Below the pieces are notes generated by a model that did no database searches, was not told the DNA's origin, and worked only from the letters and a program-made list of their open reading frames with translations. From positions 9,409,414 to 9,456,568 of the forward strand of contig NC_068994.1 in NCBI RefSeq assembly GCF_001194135.2: DNA of 47,155 nucleotides. Direction: 5' to 3'. The position numbers and the translations under genes were made by a program. The stretch comes from Octopus bimaculoides. Lineage: Eukaryota. This document shows, in pieces, positions 39,153 through 47,155 of the stretch (positions are counted from its first letter, which is position 1; each line of letters starts with the position of its first letter).

Positions 39153-39758
39153 CCAATCGGTAGTGTTGTCTTTTCTGCACTTGGACAACATATTAACGTC
39201 TACTTCAGCAATTGTGATAGGGAAAAGAGTTGCAGTGGAGATATCATGACTTCAAAAGTTTGAAAGCTCTGGCTTGCATCACTCACGGGTAGACAAATTA
39301 TCGGTCATTACCATAGGCAAGACAACTAGTACACATAATTTCGAACTTCTCTGTTAATGGTCGACACTCGAAAGCTGAACTTACCAGCTATATCTCTGCT
39401 AGCGATATACATGGAAAACCAGTGCCTAACATGTGTCCACAGTAGGTTTATTTTTAAAAAAATTGAGCGGTCGAGCAGAATTTGCATTAATACTAAAAGG
39501 TGATATTTATCCCCATTTAAAAGTGGGCATTGTGTTAGAACACAGAAAACTGCGATACGTACAGGTTTAGAAACTGAAATTGTCTGTGTATCGCTGGTAG
39601 TCTTGGCGGCGTGGTGGCTGTGGATTCATCTTCCCGCTATGGTTGTAATTAAATGTGCTTAATTGAACCGAAAACCGATGAGAGATTTCTCTAATAGTTC
39701 TAACAGAGCATCAATTTTAAGTAGTTTTATATTATTAGTATCACCACTTTCCCTAGTG

Positions 39759-39800
<42 letters not shown>

Positions 39801-40466
39801 NNNNNNNNNNNNNNNNNNNNNNNNNNNNNNNNNNNNNNNNNNNNNNNNNNNNNNNNNNNNNNNNNNNNNNNNNNNNNNNNNNNNNNNNNNNNNNNNNNNN
39901 NNNNNNNNNNNNNNNNNNNNNNNNNNNNNNNNNNNNNNNNNNNNNNNNNNNNNNNNNNNNNNNNNNNNNNNNNNNNNNNNNNNNNNNNNNNNNNNNNNNN
40001 NNNNNNNNNNNNNNNNNNNNNNNNNNNNNNNNNNNNNNNNNNNNNNNNNNNNNNNNNNNNNNNNNNNNNNNNNNNNNNNNNNNNNNNNNNNNNNNNNNNN
40101 NNNNNNNNNNNNNNNNNNNNNNNNNNNNNNNNNNNNNNNNNNNNNNNNNNNNNNNNNNNNNNNNNNNNNNNNNNNNNNNNNNNNNNNNNNNNNNNNNNNN
40201 NNNNNNNNNNNATATATATATATATATATATATACATATATGTATGTATGTATGTATGTATCGTGTGTGTATAGAGAGAAAGAAAGAAAGAAAGATGTGT
40301 ATATGTGCGTGTTTCTTAATACAAGAGCAGTCGAGCATGTGTTGCGACTGCGTAGGCGCACGTGCAAAAGAGAAATGGCAGAAAGAAGACATCATACATG
40401 CGAAAGTCTTCAAGAGTAATGGAATAATATTATGTATATATATATAGATAGATATAGATATAGATG

Positions 40467-40534
<68 letters not shown>

Positions 40535-40598
40535 TGCATATATATGTATATATAAAAGAGACCAAAGTGTAGTAGGTACGCCGCTATATTTTTTATAT

Positions 40599-40709
40599 AT
40601 AAAAATACAAAAACGAGACGAGAAAGCAAAACATCCAGACTAACGACACAAAGAAAACAAGGGCGGGTCATTCGGAGTTTTCTCTCCTCAGTCGAGTTCC
40701 AGACTATCC
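40599..40709. mobile_element. Unclassified interspersed repeat, family C (shorter copy)
   Basis: Aligns in reverse complement to 18520-18668, lacking one internal sub-repeat. Confidence 0.65.
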
Positions 40710-40852
40710 AGGTGTATTATATTATTCTTATTGGATAAAGTATAAACAGAAGAAGGAGGAAGTAATTCAAAGAGAAATAATAGTGCAATTTTTTAAAAAT
40801 CAATGTATCTTAAGATTATTGTAGTTATGTTGAAATGAAAAAGGAATATACA

Positions 40853-41010
40853 TGAGGGGATAAACCAATTACATTGACCCCAGAATTCAAATGGTACTTA
40901 ATTTATTGATCCTGAATATATTAAAAACAAAGTCGAGCTCTACGGAATTTGAACACTGAACGTAAAGTTGGACGAAATAAGCATTTTGTAACGGTTCTGC
41001 CTGCTCCAGG
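40853..41010 (-). mobile_element. Degenerate SINE family A
   Basis: TTACATTGACCCCAG..TGGTACTTAATTTATTGATCCTGAA..CAAAGTCGAGCTCTACGGAATTTGAACACTGAACGTAAAG..AACGGTTCTGCC. Confidence 0.75.
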
Positions 41011-42119
41011 CCAGATGTTTATATACGATATTAAAATTTCATCATATCATTCATATATACATATATTATACCTTTATATTTAAGTGAACATATTTTCTAT
41101 GTATATATGTCTCTATATAAATCTTCAGTGCTGTATTAATAAATGTTCTTCAAAGTTTCAAACAGTTCTGTCTAGTAAAAGTAAAAATAACATCACGTAT
41201 TGTCTTGCGATAGATGGTAACTTGGGCAATTGCATGTTCTAGAGTAGCTTGCAATTTCTAATAAAACGTTCATGAGATGACTTCATTTGCCGACAACTTC
41301 TCTGATATAAATATACCTTTCGTTAACTAACGAATCTTTGAAATTGCAGACTTCCACAATTTTCACAATCCAGAATCAACTCTACCGGACAATGTAATCA
41401 TTAAGCATCTGCAGAAGTAGTGGATAAATATATTATCAAGCGTGAAATATATCCGAGATATATCATACCAGATGAAAAGGATAAAAATTGACTTTTCATT
41501 CAAGCCTGGGGATGCAATAACCGGTAAATATTGAAAAAAATATTGCTTGTCGAGATTCCAAAAGCGGAGGCTAAAGACATCATTACGTACTATTCAAGAA
41601 GTTTCACCACATGTGATATTACTACAACTGAAAATATACTCCCATGAACAAGCAGGTTAAGTTACTGATAGTTACTCTCAGTTCTTTAAATATACATCAA
41701 AATGTGGTATATTTCCGTAATCATTTACAAAATAGTTTTCTCGAGGGGCGTTTGCATAGTTTGCTTTAGGGAAGCCAAATTGTTTATTTCATAAATCTGA
41801 AATGCGCCTACTTTACATGAGATTTGTACGTCCCAAATTCAGGGGATTATCATTATTGTTATATGCAGAATTAAAGCAAATTGTGATGTTTGATGCTGCT
41901 GTTAGGAATAATTCTTTAAACATGGTTAAATCTTTGGTTTGTTTTAAATACAAAATCTGATCGAAGTCGGTAGGTCAGATAATTAGATAAACCATAATGA
42001 TGTACTGAAGTTATAATACTCTTGGGGAGTTATAACAGCCTATCTTTTAAAATAGCCTGCAACTTTCTGGAATGCACCTCTTCCTATTAATTAAACTCTT
42101 CCAGTAATCGTAATCATTT

Positions 42120-42232
42120 AGGCGTGGCTGTGAGGTAAGAATTTTGCTTTCTGGCCATATGGTTCTTCGTTCAGTCCCACCACCTGGAGCGTTCAACAAA
42201 TGTCTTCTACTACAATCTTGAACTGTCCAAGC
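42120..42232 (+). mobile_element. Degenerate SINE family B head
   Basis: GGCGTGGCTGTGAGGTAAG..GTTCAGTCCCAC..AATGTCTTCTACTA is the reverse complement of the 12228-12380 pattern. This copy defines the tRNA-like head orientation. Confidence 0.7.
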
Positions 42233-42403
42233 TGGCACTCTCTCTGCCTCCCTCTCTCTCTCCCGCCTCCCTCTCTTCCCCCTCTATCCCTCCTCCCTCA
42301 GTTCCCCCTCTCTCCGTGCCTTTCTTTTAACTTACAATCAGAACAACACTCGTCTCCTAAAATTATATTTCTAACTCGCTTTCTCAACCTTCAACTAACA
42401 TTT

Positions 42404-42656
42404 TTAACCACGTAAAGAATATTACGTTCCCCCTACCACACGTCATGGACACTCTTTTTCTCTCTCTATCTTTCTGTCTCACTCTTCGCCTTAACCTCTT
42501 TTCTTCCTCTTTTTCTTTCTACGCTTTCCCTTCAATTAATCACTTGAAAACGTTACAATTACATTCCCTCTACCCCACGTCATGAACGATTCTCTATCTC
42601 TCTCTTTCTCTCTCCCACTTTTCTTTCTCCTTCTTCTACTCTAATCACGTGAAAAC
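42404..42656. repeat. Degenerate tandem duplication, period about 138 bp, with pyrimidine-rich spacers
   Basis: ATTACGTTCCCCCTACCACACGTCATG (42421) versus ATTACATTCCCTCTACCCCACGTCATG (42558); TAATCACTTGAAAAC versus TAATCACGTGAAAAC. Confidence 0.7.
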
Positions 42657-42754
42657 TCTACCAACGGCCTACATAATGTAATTACGAGCAGAATTATTAT
42701 AAGATAGACCTAGGTAGGTTGATATGGTGACTGTCATAGTAAAATAATTCCTAC

Positions 42755-42862
42755 CTTTTTCGTCGACATTACGTTGAACACACTCGTCACATTGTGGCAG
42801 GATATTCTGCTTCAACGCTGTTTCGACGTTTTGAGACACGTCAGTCAGGAGCAACTGGGGCT
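42755..42862 (-). CDS. Candidate internal coding exon (108 nt, phase 1 to 1); peptide xPQLLLTDVSQNVETALKQNILPQCDECVQRNVDEKx
   Basis: On the minus strand the acceptor is CTTCGTTTATACCCAG|AG and the donor is AAAAG|GTAGGA. The frame is open and the segment is locally GC/CpG-rich. Plus-strand frames are also partly open and no family was recognised. Confidence 0.35.
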
Positions 42863-44717
42863 CTGGGTATAAACGAAGCCACTGGCTCAGTTAATACTAT
42901 CAGCGAATAAATTGTTGGTTGATTGGTGTCTATATCAGCAAACCGATTAAATATCGTTATATGCACAGTTTACAGCTAGGTCTAAAACAAACGTTTGTCC
43001 ATTTATTCTCAACACGTCTATACAAGCTGAGTCACAAAATATGCTGGCTGTTGTAGTGAGCACCACAGGAGAATAACGTTTCCATTTTACGACATTTGTT
43101 CAACACTATCAGATAATTGACACTGTTTGATACAAAGGCAGATTTATATCACGTCTCATCAAAATCTTCTCAGCAAATATACATAATCTTGTAGAGTATC
43201 AAACATTGAAGTGGATAAGTACCACATTTTGAAAGAATGAGTTCAGACTTTCCTTAATACATACAACTTCTCACCCTATTATTTACCTCCTGCATGAAAG
43301 ATTTTTTCGTAATGACTGTGGTATTGAAACGAAAGCACTGAAGTTTGGGTACTAGCATGGAATATTCAGGCACTTAGAACGACTTCTTAGACAACATTAA
43401 ACTTATAAAAGACATCTTATAAACTTCTTCAAACAAGAAACATAACACCACGCACAACATTATAAGACATTATATTTGAATTTCATAATTTCATACATGT
43501 AACGGCCATTTAACATACGGAATAGCTTTACACATACTCCAACATTATACAGACACGATGATTGTTCTTGTTTCTCTATTTTTCAATTCTCTGAAAATGC
43601 TAGAAAAAAGTATTGTGAAAAAATAAAACCGATTGTTTAAAATATATCAATAATCTGACTATGTCAAAATGTCATTTTTATTGGGTACTCCTGGGAAATC
43701 AGTATGAATTATAAAGACATTATCGGCTATGAAAACATGATTCATTAGGTGTAATGATAGAAGTAACTTTTTACTACCAATTTCTAATTCAATTTGTAAC
43801 CGAGCAGACGTAATACAGTTTCAATAATCCATTCATTGCGTACGGCACTATCTCTCAATGGAGGAAACATACACATTTCAATAATCCATCCACAAAGTTA
43901 ACAAATAAATCTACTCATGCAGTAATAGTTCCAGCGTGTTTTCGCAAAGATTAAATTATGACGATATACGAAATCATTGCACAATTACATCGTCAACATA
44001 TATATTAGCAGATCATATTCTTAACAGTTCTTAGTAGAACTAACAAGAACGGCTGCCTGCTTCAATGATTACAATTATTAATAATTAACAACGAGTATTT
44101 TATTCCTGTTATATTTTGTGTTCTTGATTACTAAGTCGTTGTATTACATGTGATTGAAAAATTCTATTGCCATTTCATTTAAGCAAATTTCTATTGCTCC
44201 GTGTTGTATATAATTGACAATAGTCTTTAATTATGTGATATTGCTTTGTTATATTGAAACAGGAGAATTACGAGAGAGAATGTGTAGTTTTGCGAAATGT
44301 TTGTATAAATGTGATCAGATCTGTATTAGAACACCTGATATATATTTTTGATAATACAAAGTGAAACGCAAGAAGTAGCCAGACAGCTCTTCCTGCAGAG
44401 GGAAACACGTCATTGTTTAGGTATAAATACCTCTAAAATTAGTTAGTGCAGCAGTGATTAAATGTTAAACAATAATTATTAAAAAAATAAAAGTTAAGGG
44501 AAGCTTACTCGTGTTCAGAAATTTAGTATTTTAAAGTCTATATAATGTAATCTGCTTTACTTCAGAGGGTTCATTTAAATAAATGTAGAGAAAGCTAGTT
44601 CAAACACACACACATACAAAAACACACACACAGGCACAAGCACACACACATATACAGGCTGGTTGAAATGTAAGTAGATACTAGGAATTGGTAATAAAAT
44701 TCATATTCCTTTTACAA

Positions 44718-45275
44718 AGTTATCGCCAAGTCAACATGGCAGTCGAAAAAGTAGGACGAATGCTGCCGTTAATTAGCTCCAAGAGGCCATCGCCTCTAGC
44801 TATCTATGTGACACACGGATTGGACTGCCATGTTGGTTTGGCGATAACTATTAATTTCCAGTACCGCTGCTGTAGTCTACTTTAGAGAGACTCAGGAATA
44901 TCAATATTTCGATTTTTGAAAACCAGTGGATGTATTCCACTGAATTTAGGTAAATAATCCTTCGTACAGACGGTCAGTAGCGACGCCTGCTGGGTTCGGC
45001 TGCTATACATTGATAACAGCCAATACCTCGAAATTAGTCTCTAGATGCCAAACCAGCAAGGGGAAGCGGCTGACCTCCTCTGTTCGAAGGTTATAATGGA
45101 CACAGGTTTCGTGTGTCACATAGCTAGCTAGAGGCGATGGCCTCTTAGAGCTAATGAACGGCAACATTCGTCCTACTTTTTGGACTGCTCTGTTGGCTTG
45201 GCAATAACTATTAATTTCCAGTACCGCTGCCGTAGTCCCCTTCAGAGAGACTTAGAAATAATAATATTTCTATTT
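44718..45275. mobile_element. Direct-plus-inverted repeat structure resembling a Penelope-like element pseudo-LTR remnant
   Basis: There is a 96-bp direct repeat (44820-44915 / 45180-45275, about 13 mismatches, period 360 bp) and a 100-bp inverted copy (44718-44817 versus 45110-45209, 9 mismatches by manual alignment). The repeats are certain; the PLE class is inferred. Confidence 0.55.
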
Positions 45276-45903
45276 ATATGCATATGCATATATAGATACA
45301 TACACATATCTATATACACTTACATTGCCATTAATAGCCGATGAGAATGCATCGTAGCTCTTAGCTTGATCACACCCACTTCTTTGAATATACTTAAAAG
45401 ATTTACTCTCTTCAATACATATGTAACTATGCATACTACGATTACAACACACCAAGAATACAACCTCTCACATATTGCAGATATGCTCAAAATTCATTTC
45501 GAATATTGACTGACACATTGAAACGTCTTAATACATATTCGCATGCACAATGTTCATGCGTACACTTTAGTTTACAAATTTTCCGACAAATTTATGTCCC
45601 ACTCTTCACATAGTTTGGACTTGCACCCATATTACAATCTCTTTATATATTAAAACCACATCCAGTGCCATGCTTCAAATTGTAGTTAATCACTGTCCAG
45701 TTTAGGACCATCGTGGTTGCTCATATCCTGTCCACTGTCTTCATAGAGTGCATTTCCTTTAAAACGTCATCCTATCGTATAACAATGTCATAGATGTTGT
45801 TTCTGTCATGTGTATATGTATGGTTTGGAGATCATGTTAAGGCTCCCATAAATGGAGTCATAAATTTATATGAGTATACAGTTGCCTATATAATTAATTT
45901 TGC

Positions 45904-45974
45904 ACAAATTTAATCTTAACAAACAAATTTAATCAAACAAACAAATTTAATCAAACAAACAAATTTAATCAAAA
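45904..45974. repeat. Minisatellite, 18-bp unit CAAATTTAATCAAACAAA, about 3.5-4 copies
   Basis: Read directly from the sequence. Confidence 0.9.
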
Positions 45975-46153
45975 CCAATTAAGAGAATTGAAATAAGGCT
46001 ATTTTTCTAGCATCAAATTATATATTGATCTGGCAGACATAGTGTAGAGTGATGTATTATGCAAAATGAAATATTGTGGGCAATATTTGATAAGGGAACC
46101 AACAGTACAAAACAGCATCCCACTGTACATCTATACCAAATATCCCCGTTTCT

Positions 46154-46377
46154 TATTTATTTCTTTATTTCCCACAAGGGGCTAAACATAGAGGGGACAC
46201 AGAAGGACAGACAAAGGGATTAAGTCGATTACATCGACCCCAGTGCGTAACTGGTACTTAATTTATCGACCACGAAAGGCTAAGTCGACCTCGGCGGAAT
46301 TTGAACTCAGAACGTAACGGCAGACGAAATACCGCTAAGCATTTCGCTCGGCGTGTTAACGTTTCTGCCAGCTCGCC
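46154..46377 (-). mobile_element. Young SINE family A (tail type 1) with a perfect TSD
   Basis: The A- and B-boxes are intact (TGGCAGAAACGTT; TGAGTTCAAATTCC). AAATATCCCCGTTTCT is duplicated at 46138-46153 and 46378-46393 (18 bp if the ambiguous CC is included). Confidence 0.95.
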
Positions 46378-47114
46378 AAATATCCCCGTTTCTAATGATC
46401 TATTTGTTTTGAAAACATGTAACATAGGACAACTTGCAAACCAATAGAAAATAATAAATATATAGATACTTACAAAAATAATTTCCTTAAGTTTAGTAGA
46501 TATATTGAAATCCAGTTCAACTAAATAACGGTGATTAACAGATTAATAAAAGAGAAGCATGGAATATAAAATACAACCCAGAAAATTAATGGCATAATGG
46601 AGAGTAATAAACCAGCGTTGGCGTAATCGATTCACGTAGTGTGGCGATAGGATTTAAGTAGTACAATACATTCAAAACAGTAAAGAACAGGCTCCGATAA
46701 ATAAACTAGACGTGGGTGACTATAATATTAAGGTAATATTCGGTCGAAGAGTTTATTATAGCGATATGATTCAGTGGTATGTGATTGTCTGCATGCCGAT
46801 ACTATATAAATGTAGAGAACCATGATCACCCAAATTGTATAACCGCATGCCTGCCTTCATTCAGCTGAATGAATGCTATTTGATTTGATTTGACATTTTT
46901 TTTGTAGTATTACGTACGTTTAAGGTTGTATGAATACCTACGCATGTGTGTATGGTGTGTGTGTGAGTGTGGGTGTGCATGTGTGTGTGTATTTGCATAT
47001 ATAGATACAGATATATATGTATGTTTGTGTATATATATCTGTAGGTGGATGGACACATCAACTGATAAATCTTTGCACACGCACATACATATAATTAAGA
47101 GTAAATAGGCACAA

Positions 47115-47155
<41 letters not shown>

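Noticed and set aside
45215-45260. Minus-strand CTGAAG..GGAAA-TTAA-TA as an alternative hammerhead
   Set aside because: Stems I and II do not pair, and the paralogous copy at 44850-44890 lacks CTGA.
46856-46873. Perfect 18-bp palindrome TTCATTCAGCTGAATGAA
   Set aside because: It is isolated with no associated element, and one such palindrome has little weight without conservation data.

Overview
This is AT-rich, microsatellite-saturated eukaryotic DNA from a draft assembly, with 12 N-gaps totalling about 4.5 kb, most of them bounded by simple repeats. The tRNA-derived SINE families resemble high-copy octopus (coleoid cephalopod) repeats, so the window is most likely Octopus intronic or intergenic sequence; this is recognition from memory, not a database result. 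There is no complete gene, rRNA, true tRNA or CRISPR array. Nearly all ORF-track entries are translations of microsatellites or N-gaps. What can be supported: (1) about 18 copies or fragments of two SINE families, one of which has two alternative 3' tails; (2) fossil transposase and retrotransposon coding remnants: a hAT-related transposase (18.7-19.9 kb), a DD37D/maT-like mariner (12.9-13.1 kb), a CR1-group C-terminus (25.5 kb), and two R4/Dong-like RLE-LINE 3' ends next to (TAA)n tracts (31.0-32.6 kb); (3) a 178-bp solo LTR with a perfect 5-bp TSD; (4) a 560-bp direct-plus-inverted repeat with Penelope-like pseudo-LTR architecture and a decayed hammerhead-like core (44.7-45.3 kb); (5) a few weak candidate exons of an unidentified host gene. 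I found no convincing new biological system. The most interesting items are the Penelope-like structure, the TAA-associated RLE-LINE insertions and the modular SINE tails.
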